A stretch of 64,000 nt of DNA from Candidatus Eiseniibacteriota bacterium (lineage in GTDB: Bacteria; Eisenbacteria; RBG-16-71-46; CAIMUX01; VGJL01), in assembly GCA_041946735.1 (NCBI GenBank), contig JBHGAY010000004.1, positions 96,001 to 160,000 of the forward strand, read 5' to 3'. Under the pieces are notes generated by a model. That model did no database searches, was not told the origin of the DNA, and saw only the letters and a list, made by a program, of their open reading frames with translations. A program made the position numbers and the translations under genes. Below are positions 46,043 through 56,800 of the stretch, piece by piece; the stretch's first letter is position 1, and the number at the start of each line of letters is the position of its first letter.

Positions 46043-47266
46043 GGAGACCCGCGCCCCCGCCCGGGAGCGCAGCAGCTCCTCGTAGAGATCGGCGGTCTTC
46101 TCCCCTTGCCGGCGAAGATCGAACTCCGCCTCGACGTGGGCCCGGCCGGCGCGTCCCATCTCCAGCCAGCGCCCGGGATGGGCCAGCAGCTCGTCCAGAC
46201 GCGCGGCGAGCGCGCCGGCGTCGCGCTCCGGGGCGAGGAGCGCGGACCGTCCCGGCAGGGTCGCCTCGGGGATGTCGCAATGCTCGGTCGCCAGCACGGG
46301 GAGCCCGACCGCCTGCGCCTCGAGGATGCAGACCGGGGCGCCCCCTTCGCAGTCGCCGTCCGCCGCGGTCACGCTGGGGGAGAGGAAGAGGTGGGCGCGG
46401 GAGAGCTCCGCCAGGTAGTCGGGGAACGGGCGGTAGCCGAGGAGTTCGACCTTCCCGGCAAGGTCGGGGCGGGAAGCGCGGGCGGCGATCTCGCCGCGCA
46501 GCGGACCGTCCCCGATGATCCGCAGACGGAGGCGGGGATGGCGAGGCGCGACGCGCGCCAGCGCCTCGAGCGCGTAGACGATCCCTTTCTTCTCCCGGAA
46601 GCTCGCGGCCATCAGCGCGACGATCTCCCCCGCTCCGGCCGGGTCGGGTCGCCGCTCTCGGAACGGCAGGCGATCGAGGTCCACGCCCAGGTGCAGGATG
46701 CGGACACGATCCTCGGGCGCGCCGATCGCGACCAGGCGACGCGCCATCGCGGATCCCTCCGCCAGAACCCGATCCGCCTCTCGAAAGAGGCGGCGATACA
46801 GGCGCCGCCAGTACGCCTTGCGGGGGAGCATCGAGGCGTCCTGCCCATAGAAGGAGACGACGAACGGGACTCCGAGGGCTTTGCGCAGCCCGATCGTCCG
46901 CGCTCCTTCCCACCCGAGATGGGCGTGGAGGAGTTGCACGCCCTCGCGTTGCGCGATCCTCACATACGGCGCGGGCGGAAACCGTCCCAGCAGGTACTTC
47001 TGAAACAGGAAGTCGATGCGGCCGGCCGGACCGCGGCTCTGCCCGCGCCCCTGCTCCTGCTCGCGCTCGCGCTCGCGCTCACGCGAGAGGTCGAAGACCG
47101 CATCGTGCGGGAACAGGGCGAGATTCTCCGTCGCCTGGGTCAGCACGATCGAGCGAAAGCGGGGCGAGGCGCCACGGATCTGGCTGTGGATCCAGGAGCC
47201 GGTCAGGAAGAGATACGGCGTCACGAGCTGCGCGACGACGGGACGATCGTCGCCGGCTGCGCTCAT
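46040..47266 (-). CDS. Glycosyltransferase family 4 (WcaL-like)
   Basis: LLHAHLG, SFYGQD, EKKG..Y.LEA, GDGPLR, PSVTAADGDCEGGAP..ILEA.A.GLPV.AT.H..IPE. Confidence 0.9.
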   Translation of the reverse strand: MSAAGDDRPVVAQLVTPYLFLTGSWIHSQIRGASPRFRSIVLTQATENLALFPHDAVFDLSREREREREQEQGRGQSRGPAGRIDFLFQKYLLGRFPPAPYVRIAQREGVQLLHAHLGWEGARTIGLRKALGVPFVVSFYGQDASMLPRKAYWRRLYRRLFREADRVLAEGSAMARRLVAIGAPEDRVRILHLGVDLDRLPFRERRPDPAGAGEIVALMAASFREKKGIVYALEALARVAPRHPRLRLRIIGDGPLRGEIAARASRPDLAGKVELLGYRPFPDYLAELSRAHLFLSPSVTAADGDCEGGAPVCILEAQAVGLPVLATEHCDIPEATLPGRSALLAPERDAGALAARLDELLAHPGRWLEMGRAGRAHVEAEFDLRRQGEKTADLYEELLRSRAGARVS

Positions 47267-48504
47267 CCGCGCCTCGCTTCCTCGATCACTTCGAGCAGGA
47301 TCCGCACCTCCTGCTCCATCCGGTCCTCCGGATCGAGCAGGATCGAGCGGACGTGGCGGCGCGCCGCCTTGCCAAGCCGCTCCCGCCTCCCGGGATCGGC
47401 GAGCAGGTCGGCCAGTACGTTGCCGAGGCGGGGCAGATCGCTCCTCTCGATCAGCACGCCAGTTTCCTCCGGGACGACCACCTCTCTCGTCGTCCCGGCG
47501 TCGAGCGCGACCACGCAGCGCTCGCACGCCATCGCCTCGAAGACCGGATTGCTCGCATTCGTCCGATCGAGCAGCGACAGGACGATGGCGGCCGTGCGGT
47601 ACCAGCCGACGAGATCGCGGTTCGGCACCGCGCCCGGCATCCGCACGGACCTCTCGATCCCCAGGCGCCGGACGTGCGCCTCGAGCCGCGCCCGCTCCGG
47701 GCCCTCCCCGACCAGCACCGCGACCGCGTCCGGCAACCGCCGGGCGAGCTCCGGGACGGCATCGATCACCCGCTCGAGCTTCTTCTCCTGATGCAGGCGG
47801 GTGGCCGTGAGAAGAATCGGAGCGCCTGGGGGCACTCCGAGCCTCTCTCGGACGGCCGGGTCTTCCGGCCCAGGGACGAAGTGGGTGAAGTCGAGCCCGT
47901 TGCGGAGATGGATGAACCGGTCGCACGGAACGCCGAGCCGCCGCGCCACCCGCTCTCCGTCCGCCCCATCGTTGGTGAGGATCAGCCGCGCGCACGGCGT
48001 ACGAAAGGCGCGAATCTCCGGGAAGTTCAGGCGGAAACGGATCGGATCGTCGAGGTTCATCGACAGCGCGCTGCCGAAGAGACGCACGACGTTCGGAACT
48101 CCGAGCCGCTGGGCGACGCGGCGCGCGACCGGCGCCTCGAACGTCCCATACGACAGGACGATGTCGGGCCGCAGCTCACGCGCGATCCTCATCGCCTCCC
48201 ACGTCCCGATCCGCTGGAAGGCGGACCAGGCGTAGACCCTCTCCACGAGCCGGATCGGCAGCGGCGCGTACGGCGTGGAGAAGCGCGTGCCGGTTGCGAA
48301 CCGATGGAGATGCACGCCGTCTTTCGTCTCTAGGGAGGAAGGCTGGCCCGGAGGCGCAGGCAGGACGATGTGCACGTCGTGCCCGCGCGAAACCAGCGCG
48401 CTAGGGGTGCGGCTGAAGGAACCGGCCCCGATCCCCTCCCCCATGCTCCAGAAGGTCGGCTGCGCGTAGATGATCAGAAACTTGCGCCGGGCCGCGGCCG
48501 ACAT
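47263..48504 (-). CDS. Glycosyltransferase family 4
   Basis: L..RGHDVH, RNGLD...F, RL..EK, VGEGPER..LE, FEAMAC...V......EVV..ETGVL; overlaps the downstream GT4 start. Confidence 0.88.
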   Translation of the reverse strand: MSAAARRKFLIIYAQPTFWSMGEGIGAGSFSRTPSALVSRGHDVHIVLPAPPGQPSSLETKDGVHLHRFATGTRFSTPYAPLPIRLVERVYAWSAFQRIGTWEAMRIARELRPDIVLSYGTFEAPVARRVAQRLGVPNVVRLFGSALSMNLDDPIRFRLNFPEIRAFRTPCARLILTNDGADGERVARRLGVPCDRFIHLRNGLDFTHFVPGPEDPAVRERLGVPPGAPILLTATRLHQEKKLERVIDAVPELARRLPDAVAVLVGEGPERARLEAHVRRLGIERSVRMPGAVPNRDLVGWYRTAAIVLSLLDRTNASNPVFEAMACERCVVALDAGTTREVVVPEETGVLIERSDLPRLGNVLADLLADPGRRERLGKAARRHVRSILLDPEDRMEQEVRILLEVIEEARRG

Positions 48505-48834
48505 CTCCTCTGCTCTCCTCTTCTCTCCTCACCTCACCCCTTGCCTCCCCGCCTCCGTCGAGGAGGCCGGAGCGGCGCCGCCCGGGGCTGCATCGAGGCG
48601 GAGGATAGCTGTCGTGCCCGAAGAGGGGCAACCGCAGCCTCGGCCGGCGCCGCTCGAGCCTCGAGCGGCCGTGACGGCCCAGCCACGCGACGGACGGCCG
48701 ATCCGCCCCTGGCACGCCTCCTCCTCCTCCGTTTCCACATCCCATGCTCCGGAATTGCGCCGAGCCGCGGGCAGGGGAACCCGCGGCTCGGATGAAGAAA
48801 CGCATCAGGTGTCAGAACTGCATGCGTAGCGACT

Positions 48835-49581
48835 TCAGGCCCTCTTGCGGCGCCTGAGAAGTCCCACGGAGGCGAGGCCCAGACCAAACAGAGTCAGGGT
48901 TGCCGGCTCGGGGACCGGCCGCACTCCCGAGACCTCGACGACGAGATCGTTGTAGTCCTGATCGCCCGGGTTGAGATCCTCCCAGGCGACCACATAGTTG
49001 CCTGCCACGTTCTGTCGATCGACCCACTGTCCATTCTGGTAGTCCTGCCCGACGCCGCCGAGAATCCGGAAGGTGACCATGTGGTCAAGGGACCCCGGAT
49101 CGTTCTCCGCCTCGAGCGAGCCCCAGAAATGATCATCGGAGGGGTCATTCGGCGTGTTCACCTTGTCGAGAAGCCCGAACCGGAAGATGCTTCCCGAATC
49201 GTTCGAGGAGAACGACCCCTGGCCACCGGCGAAGTAGCCATTGCCGGTGACGTCGAAGACCGAATGGAACGTGGTCGCGTCCTGTACACCTGCTGCGTCC
49301 TGGAAGAACCCGAAGGTATGCAGATGCGCCGCAAAACGCGCCTCTGCTCGCGTGCTCGCGTCCCCCTGGTTGTACCAGACCTGATCGAGCCCGTCGTCGA
49401 TCCGCTCGTAGTTGCCCACTCCGTAAAGCTGATCCATCACGCCCGAGAGAGCGTAGGGACCATTCGGCTTCACATAGGTGAAGTAGGCGTCGGCGTCACC
49501 GACGAACCCCAGGGACCCGATCAGGAGCGTGGCAGCCAGAAGAAAGAGCTTCGTTCGTCCATGCGTGAGCAATCGAATCAT
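48835..49581 (-). CDS. PEP-CTERM sorting domain protein with DUF4114-like domain
   Basis: Signal peptide; AWEDL...DQDYNDLVVEV; VPEPATLTLFGLGLASVGLL-RRRKRA. Confidence 0.9.
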   Translation of the reverse strand: MIRLLTHGRTKLFLLAATLLIGSLGFVGDADAYFTYVKPNGPYALSGVMDQLYGVGNYERIDDGLDQVWYNQGDASTRAEARFAAHLHTFGFFQDAAGVQDATTFHSVFDVTGNGYFAGGQGSFSSNDSGSIFRFGLLDKVNTPNDPSDDHFWGSLEAENDPGSLDHMVTFRILGGVGQDYQNGQWVDRQNVAGNYVVAWEDLNPGDQDYNDLVVEVSGVRPVPEPATLTLFGLGLASVGLLRRRKRA

Positions 49582-50248
49582 TCGCTTCGTCTCCTACTTA
49601 GGCACGACTCGTACGTGCGGTGTCACAAGAGCGGTCCACTCTGGCGAAATGCTACGGGCCTTGGCATTTCCTGGTCAACGTTCCCGGTCGAACGATTTGA
49701 TGAAATTGACTTTAACAGGACGCGGCCCGTCTTCGGACCGCAGGCGGTCGAGCGGTCAGCGTGGAGTCCTCGCGCGCCGCTCGAGTGGCCAATCTCCTGC
49801 CGGGGGCTTGCCGCGGCTGGGACCGGGCGGCTCGTCCTTCGCCGTTTCGTTCCCTTCATCATGGAACGATCCACATCGCATGCATTGCTCGCTCGCTCTT
49901 GCCCACACGCCTTCATGGGCTTCGCGGAGACGTCGTGCAAGTATCGAGCACAGCCGATCGTTCGCTTTGCGATCGACGACGCAGCCTGGCGACACACGGC
50001 AGCACCCCGCGCCGGCTTGCACGCCGCCCGCTCACCGGGGCTCCCATCGGGCCGGACCATCCGGCTCGACCGATCCGACCCGTTCGATCGGGCTTGAAAG
50101 GACTCCGGACATCCGGGATCATGCGGGAAGTCTGTCGTAACGACGCGAACCACGTCGCCCGCGGCTGGCCGATCTCTTTTCTTCTCACCCGATTCATCCC
50201 GGCGAAACCAGGATTCGGATCGCAGGAGCATCAGGGGTTCTCGGAGAC

Positions 50249-50944
50249 ATGACCGCCTTCTCCCGCAGCAAGCACGCACCGAAGCATCCGTGGCTCGCCA
50301 CGCTCGCTTTCCTTCTCCTGTTCGTCGGACTGTCGGCCGCCGCGCCCGCGGAACCGGCCTCGGAGCAGCCGGACGAGTCCTCCGAGCAGAAGTTCCGCAA
50401 CAAGGGATGGATCCTCGATCGGATCACGATCGAGGGCGCGGAGCGACCGGGCGTGCGCCGCCTGCATGCGACCGGGAGGATCGCGCTCCCCGCCTTCGAC
50501 GTCTGGCGGATCATCGCCTACAACGGCGGGGCGAAGGAGTGGCCCAGCGTGAAGGAGTCGATTGTCGAGAAGAGCGTCGGCGACACCCTGGTGAAGCGCT
50601 ACACGGTCAGCGTTCCGGTCTTCAAGGACCGGAGATACCGCCTCCAGTCCATCGTGGACGACCAGAAGAGGCAGGTGCGCTTCGAGCTGGTGCCGGGGTA
50701 TGGCAACGTGCGCGAGATCCGGGGTAGCTGGACGGTGCTCGAGATCTCCGACTCCCTGACGACCGTTCTGTACCAGCTCGATACGGACCCCGGCGTCAAG
50801 CTGATTCCCGGCTTCATCGTCAGCTGGGCCACGAAACACGCCGTGCCGCGGCTCTACGAGTTCATCCACGACCAGGGGATGGACGGCGCGGTCGCGCGCG
50901 CCGGCATGGAGCGCCGCCGGGACGGGGACGGCCGCGGGCGCTGA
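50249..50944 (+). CDS. Exported SRPBCC/START-fold protein
   Basis: Signal peptide; VWRII..Y...EW.P.VKES.V...GSW......T.V.YQL.TDPG..IPGF.V.WA. Confidence 0.7.
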   Translation: MTAFSRSKHAPKHPWLATLAFLLLFVGLSAAAPAEPASEQPDESSEQKFRNKGWILDRITIEGAERPGVRRLHATGRIALPAFDVWRIIAYNGGAKEWPSVKESIVEKSVGDTLVKRYTVSVPVFKDRRYRLQSIVDDQKRQVRFELVPGYGNVREIRGSWTVLEISDSLTTVLYQLDTDPGVKLIPGFIVSWATKHAVPRLYEFIHDQGMDGAVARAGMERRRDGDGRGR

Positions 50945-50966
50945 CCGCCCGCGCGGCTGCGATCGC

Positions 50967-51833
50967 GTGGACCCGATCGGGTTCGATCCCCATGACGCCC
51001 TCCTGCTCCATGGCATCGGTCTCAAGGAGCGATTCCGGATCCGGGAAGGACGGGCCGAGTTCCTGACCGCACGTCTCCGCCGGCTCTTCCGCTCCGCCCA
51101 GGATCTCGGCCTGACGATCCCTCTTTCCTTCGAAACGGCGGCCGGCCGGGTGCGGGAGGCCGCCGCGCGTTTCGCCGACGGCGGCGACGGGCTTCTCGAC
51201 GTGATCGTCACCGGCGCAACGGGCGGCCGCCAGGGTGACACGTTCGAGGACCACGGTCTCCATTCGGCGGCAAGGACCGTCGAGAACGGGCAGGGCGCAC
51301 TGCTGTTACGACCTCATCCATTCCCCGGCTATCCCGCGCGAATGATGCAGGGCCTGGCCTGTGTCTCTTGCTCCTACCCTCGCCCGGATCGGTCCCCCCT
51401 CGACCGGCATCCGATCCTCCACGACTGGCCCGCGTTGCTCGCCGCCTCGGAGGCGGGCCGGCGCGGCGCCGACCTCGGCCTCCTGCCGGATGACACCGGC
51501 GCGGGAGGGTTCTCCCGATCGACCGAAGGCACCCTGTTCGCGCGCGTGGACGGAGTCCTCCTCACGCCGTCGATCGACGAGGGAGCCCGCGACGAGATCG
51601 AACGCCGAGAGGTCCTTGCGGCCGCCTCAGCGCTGGGGATTTCCACCCGGGAGACGAGGGTGGGACGCGAGCAACTCCTGGCCTCCACCGAGGCGTTCGT
51701 CGCCGGGCCCCGCCTGGGGATCGCCGTCCTCGCCATGCTGGACGGCGAAGCGCTTCCGCTCCGCCCGGGCGATTCGCCGGCCGTCCCGCTGCTCCGGATC
51801 CGCCTCCGTGAGCGGGGCGAGGCGGACTGCTGA
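50967..51833 (+). CDS. Aminotransferase class IV-fold protein (PabC/IlvE-like), degenerate
   Basis: G.G..E..R...G.....RL.RL.RSA, V.VTG..G, LF...DG.L.TP...G......R..VL, EAF; catalytic Lys not evident. Confidence 0.6.
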   Translation: MDPIGFDPHDALLLHGIGLKERFRIREGRAEFLTARLRRLFRSAQDLGLTIPLSFETAAGRVREAAARFADGGDGLLDVIVTGATGGRQGDTFEDHGLHSAARTVENGQGALLLRPHPFPGYPARMMQGLACVSCSYPRPDRSPLDRHPILHDWPALLAASEAGRRGADLGLLPDDTGAGGFSRSTEGTLFARVDGVLLTPSIDEGARDEIERREVLAAASALGISTRETRVGREQLLASTEAFVAGPRLGIAVLAMLDGEALPLRPGDSPAVPLLRIRLRERGEADC

Positions 51834-52024
51834 CGAGGCCGCCATGCCGCCGGTCGAGGGCCCGATGGCTCCCGACCCGGCCCCACGGAACGCCGGGCGA
51901 GTTGCAGGAACCGCCCCTCCGGCCCGAACTTCGCGCCCGCTGCGGGGTTCTGAAGGTCGTGCCGCTGGAAAGGTCCGCCGGGAACGTATAGATTCACCCG
52001 CTGTTGGCTGCTCAGGAGGAAGAG

Positions 52025-52840
52025 TTGCACCGAATCGATCGAAGCCTGCCCGTCCTGTTCGGGATCCTCACGGGTCTCGCAGGTCTCTGCTCTCCGATGT
52101 TCGCCCCCCCCGCCTCCGCGTCCGCATGGCTCGAGAATCCCAACGTCCTCGTCGAGGTCGGCGGAAAGCCGAGCGGCACGACGCACGTCTACGACAGCGA
52201 GGACTTCCAGCAGATGCTCCTCGTGGGGGACGGGCAACCGACGGCGCTCGTCATCGACCTGACGACGTCTAGCGTCTCGGAGATCCCGGCTGCCAGGGTC
52301 CAGGAAACGGCGGATGGAGCGAACACTCCGGACGACTTCGCCGGGGAGCTGCTCGTCACGGACGTGGAGCAGCAAGACGGCACGATCCTCCTCTCGTGGG
52401 GGGATGCGCCCGTTGCGATCCGCCCGCTTCCGCCCCTCATCGGACCGACGACGCTCGAGCGGATCCTCGCCGTCAAGCCGGCCTACGGCGCCTCGGCCGC
52501 GGCGTACAAGCCGGACCCCGCGAAGGTCGCCGCCCTGAAGCAGGTGGGCGCCGACACGGAGATCCGCGTCTACTTCGGCACCTGGTGCCTGAACTGCAAG
52601 CATCTCGTGCCGCCACTCCTCAAGACGGTCGAGGCGGCGGCCAATCCGAAGATCCATCTCTCCTTCCTTGGCGTGGACGAGGACCTCACGCAGCCGGCCA
52701 AGGAGCTGGACCGCGATCACGTCTCCCGGACTCCGACCGTCCTCGTGCTCCAGGGCGGGCGCGAGCTGGGCCGCATCGAGGAGAAGGCCGAGACCACGGT
52801 GGAAGGGGACCTCGCCGCGATCCTTGGCGGATCCCGCTGA
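52025..52840 (+). CDS. Exported thioredoxin family protein
   Basis: AGGAGG RBS + TTG; signal peptide; YFGTWCLNC, V.RTPT......G.ELGRI.E. Confidence 0.82.
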   Translation: MHRIDRSLPVLFGILTGLAGLCSPMFAPPASASAWLENPNVLVEVGGKPSGTTHVYDSEDFQQMLLVGDGQPTALVIDLTTSSVSEIPAARVQETADGANTPDDFAGELLVTDVEQQDGTILLSWGDAPVAIRPLPPLIGPTTLERILAVKPAYGASAAAYKPDPAKVAALKQVGADTEIRVYFGTWCLNCKHLVPPLLKTVEAAANPKIHLSFLGVDEDLTQPAKELDRDHVSRTPTVLVLQGGRELGRIEEKAETTVEGDLAAILGGSR

Positions 52841-52849
52841 CAGGACGGA

Positions 52850-53755
52850 GTGAAGGCGAAGACACGGATCACGCTCGGGTGGCTGCTGGGACTCGTCCCG
52901 GCAGCCATCCTTTTGTATGCGGCTCTGCTGAAGGGGCTCGACCCGCGCCTCTTCGCCGATCAGATCACGGCGCATCGCGTCACCCCCGCGGCATGGTCGG
53001 CGTTCCTCGCCCCGGTGGTCGTGTTCCTCGAGATCGCGATCGGACTGGCGCTCGCCCTCCGACTGTGGCCGCGCTTCACCCACTTCGCATTCCTCGCGAT
53101 GATGATCGGGTTCATCGCGATCACAGCCTATGCGTGGTCGCAAGGCAACGCGAAGGAGTGCGGCTGCTTCGGGCGGGCGGTCGGGCGCGGGCCGACGGCC
53201 GTCCTGGTTCAGGACTCCTTGCTGATCGTCGTCTCGTTGGTCGCAATGCGTCTGGAGCGCGGGGCGCGGACGTCTGCGCGCCTGGTGGCGGCGGGCGCGG
53301 TGCTGCTCCTGCCGTCGCTCGCATTCTCGATTTTCGGCGGCAAGATGCCCGCGCAATCGCTCGTGACCGGGATCCGCTCCGGCTCCTCGCTCGCGGATCT
53401 CCCGATCGAGGATCTGAGGCGGCCGCATACGGAGGGCTGGGCGCTCCTGCTTCTGGTCGGTCCCGATTGTCCCGCCTGCCGGGAAGGGTTGCCGGATCTC
53501 AGTGCGCTCGCGCGGAACAGGAAGGACGTCGCGGTCGCCGCGGTCTATTCCGGCCCACGGCAGGAAGCAATGGCGTGGCGGTTGGAGAACCTCCCCGCCT
53601 TCCCGGTGGCGCACGCATCGGCACGCGCGCTTCGCGCCTACTATCGCGAGCTGCCGACGGCGTTCCTGTCGAAAGACGGCGCGTTGGTGCAGGCCTGGTG
53701 GGGACGCCTGCCGCACGGGGCGGAGGTCGAGGCGAAGCTGCCTCCGGCGTCCTGA
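52850..53755 (+). CDS. MauE/DoxX family redox membrane protein fused to a thioredoxin-like domain
   Basis: LYAA..K.LDP..F, LEI.IG..L, ECGCFG; second domain with CPAC and cis-Pro LPT. Confidence 0.8.
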   Translation: MKAKTRITLGWLLGLVPAAILLYAALLKGLDPRLFADQITAHRVTPAAWSAFLAPVVVFLEIAIGLALALRLWPRFTHFAFLAMMIGFIAITAYAWSQGNAKECGCFGRAVGRGPTAVLVQDSLLIVVSLVAMRLERGARTSARLVAAGAVLLLPSLAFSIFGGKMPAQSLVTGIRSGSSLADLPIEDLRRPHTEGWALLLLVGPDCPACREGLPDLSALARNRKDVAVAAVYSGPRQEAMAWRLENLPAFPVAHASARALRAYYRELPTAFLSKDGALVQAWWGRLPHGAEVEAKLPPAS

Positions 53756-53763
53756 TTCGCCTT

Positions 53764-53836
53764 CCTACCCGCGCGCGAACCTGCGCCCCTACCCCCGTCC
53801 GGACCTGCGCTTCCTACCCCCGCGCAAATCTGCGCC
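53764..53836. repeat. Triplication of the 3' end of the RND gene
   Basis: Three ~24-25-nt copies CCTACCC...CTGCGC, reading RRFARG*/RRSGRG*/RRFARG* on the minus strand. Confidence 0.7.
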
Positions 53837-56800
53837 CCGCCCGGCGGCTCTCCTCCTCCTCCTCCCGCTCCCGTCGCTGCCGCTCCTCCTTCGTCAGGGC
53901 GAGCCGGATCTTGTTCCCGAAGTCGTCGAAGAGCGTGTAGACGACCGGGACGACGACCAGCGTCAGCAGCGTGCTCGTGATCAAGCCGCCGATCACGGCG
54001 CGCGCCATCGGCGCGCGGAACTCCGCTCCCGCTCCGATCGCGAACGCGAGCGGCATCATCCCGAAGATCATGGCGAGCGTCGTCATCACGATCGGACGCA
54101 AACGGATCTCGCCGGCGTCGATCAGCGCGTCGCGCCTCGAGAGGCCGCGTTCTCGCCCTTGGTTGGTGAAGTCGATCAGAAGGATCGCGTTCTTCGTGAC
54201 GAGGCCCATCAGCAGGATGAGGCCGATCATGCTCATGATGTTGAATGTGGTCCCGGTCAGAAGCAGCGCGATCAGCACGCCGACCATCGACAGCGGCACG
54301 GAAAGCATGATCGCGAGCGGCTGCAGGAACGATCCAAACTCGCTCGCGAGCACGAGGTAGATGAAGATGATCGCGAGGATCATACTCTCCACGATGTTCC
54401 GGACCGTCTCGCCGAACATCTCCGTCTCGCCTCCCATCGAGACGCTGTAGCCGGTCGGCATCGCGAGCTGGGAGACGCCCTTCATGATGTCCCCGCTGAC
54501 GGCGGTCAGGGTGCGCCCGTAGAAGTTCGCGCGGATGATGACGACCCGCTGCATCTCACGCCGGTCGATCTCCTGGGGGCTCGCGCTCTTCGCGATGGCG
54601 GCGATCTGCCCGAGCGGGACGGTCCGCGGAGCGCCGGTGACCGGATCGATCCCGCCGGTCGGGATCGGCAGCTTCGCGAGCTGGTCGACCGATTCGCGCG
54701 CGGAGCCCGGCAGCCGGACGATCACGTCGTGCTGCTCGCCGTTCGGATCCTCCCATCTCGAAACCGCCTCTCCCGCGAACGCCGGCCGGAGGGTCTGCGC
54801 GATCGACCCGATCCCGACGCCCATCTCGCTCGCCAGGTCGCGATTCAAGTCGACGCGCACCTCGGGGCGCTCTTCCTCGAGGCTCGACTCCGCTTCGATC
54901 GCCCCGGGAGTGTTGCGGACGACCGCGAGCACTTCGTTCGAGACGCGGCGAAGCTCCTCGATGTTCGCCCCGCTGACGAAGATCTCCAGCGGCTTCTGCG
55001 ATCCGCCGAAGCCCGCCGCCTCCAGCACGGCGATCTCGACCCCGGGGAGGTCTTCCAGCTCACTGCGCAGCACGACCGACAGATCCTGCTGGGAGAGATC
55101 GCGATCCCCCTTGGGGGTCAGCTTCACGTAGATCTCCCCCTCGTTCACCTGCGCGTTGAACCCGCCCGCGATCGTTTCGTAGGTGTAGGCGACTTCGGGC
55201 CGCTGGCGGACGAGCGCGGAGACCTCGCGCACCCGGTCGGTCGTGTACGAGAGCGTCGACCCGACCGGGGCTGTGACCACGACGGCCAGTTCCTCGTTGT
55301 CGGAGTTCGGCATGAAGGTGCCGCCGATGAGCGGAAAAAGAGCCATCGCTGCGACGAAGGAGAGCACGGCAATTCCCAGGGTGACGAAGCGGTGGGTGAG
55401 CGCCCATCCGATGACCCCCCTGTAGCGCTTCCCGAGTCGGACGAACGAATGATTGAACCGTTCGAGGAGCTTGCCGATCGGGCCCCGCGCAGCGTGACCC
55501 TCGGCGACCGGGTCGTACCAGACGGAAGACAGCATCGGATCGAGCGTGAAGGAGACGAAGAGCGAGACGGCGACCGCGCAGGCGACGGTGACTCCGAACT
55601 CGCGGAAGAAGCGCCCGACGATCCCGCCCATGAACGCGACCGGGACGAAGACGCAGAGGGTCGACATCGTCGTCGCGAGGACGGCCAGACCGATCTCGCT
55701 CGTTCCCTTACGGGCGGCCTCCCGGTGGTCCTGCCCCATTCCGACGTGCCGGACGATGTTCTCCCGGACGACGATCGCATCGTCGATGAGGATCCCGATC
55801 GCCAGGGAGAGCGCCATCAGGGTCATCATGTTCAGGGTGAAGCCGAACGCGTAGATCGCGAGGAAGCTCGCGATCACCGAGACTGGGAGCGTGAGCCCCG
55901 TGATCACGGTGGACCGCCAGGAGTTCAGGAACGTGAAGACGACGAGGACCGTCAGGAGCCCCCCGAGAAGGATCGTGGTCTTGACGTCCTCGACCGATTG
56001 CTCGATCCAGACGGAGTTGTCGCGGACGATCGACAGCTGCATCCCTTCGGGGAGGGCCGCGCGCGTCCGCTCGACCTCCTCCTTGACCCCGTCGGCGACC
56101 TCGACGGTGTTCGCGCCCGAGACCTTCCGGAGATCGATGCCGATGGCCGGCTTGCCGTTGACGAGCGCGGCCGTCCGCGCTTCCTCCGCAGAGTCGACGA
56201 CGCGCGCGACGTCGCCGAGGCGCACGGGGACGCCGTCCCGCACCGCGACGACGAGCTGTTCGAAGTCCCCGGGCTTCTTCAGGCGCCCGGCCACCCGCAC
56301 CAGCTTCTCCCCGGGGCCCTGCTCCAGCCGGCCCGCCGGAACCTCCATGTTCTCCGACCGCAGCGTCTGCATCACCTGCGGGACGGTGATCGATCGCGCC
56401 GCCAGCCGGTCCGGATCGACCTCGACGAGAATCGCGCGGGCTTCGCCTCCGAGAAGCGTAACCTGGCCGACTCCCTCCACCGCCTCGAGGTTCTGCCGGA
56501 GCGTCTCGTCCGCGAAGTCGCGCATCTCGCGCATCGAGCGAGTTTCGGAGGACAAGGCGAGCGAGACGATCGGGATCTCCTGAGGATCGAACCGGAGCAC
56601 GAGCGGCGTCTCGATGTCCTCCGGAAGCTCTTCCCGGATCTGATCGATCTTCGAGCGCACGTCCTGCTGCGCGTCCATCGCGTTCGTCCCGAGATCGAAC
56701 TCGATGAACACGGTCGAGAGCCCCTCGAGGGAACTGGACGTCAGCTCCTTGACTCCCTGGATCGGGTTCACCGTCTCCTCGATCTTGCGCGTCACGTCGC

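Noticed and set aside
47267..47995. N-terminal extension of ORF 46040-47995
   Set aside because: It overlaps the upstream GT4 in another frame; the ATG at 47266 is coupled to that gene's stop
49936..49952. Sigma54 promoter for the PEP-CTERM gene
   Set aside because: TTGC -12 element present but the invariant GG at -24 is missing
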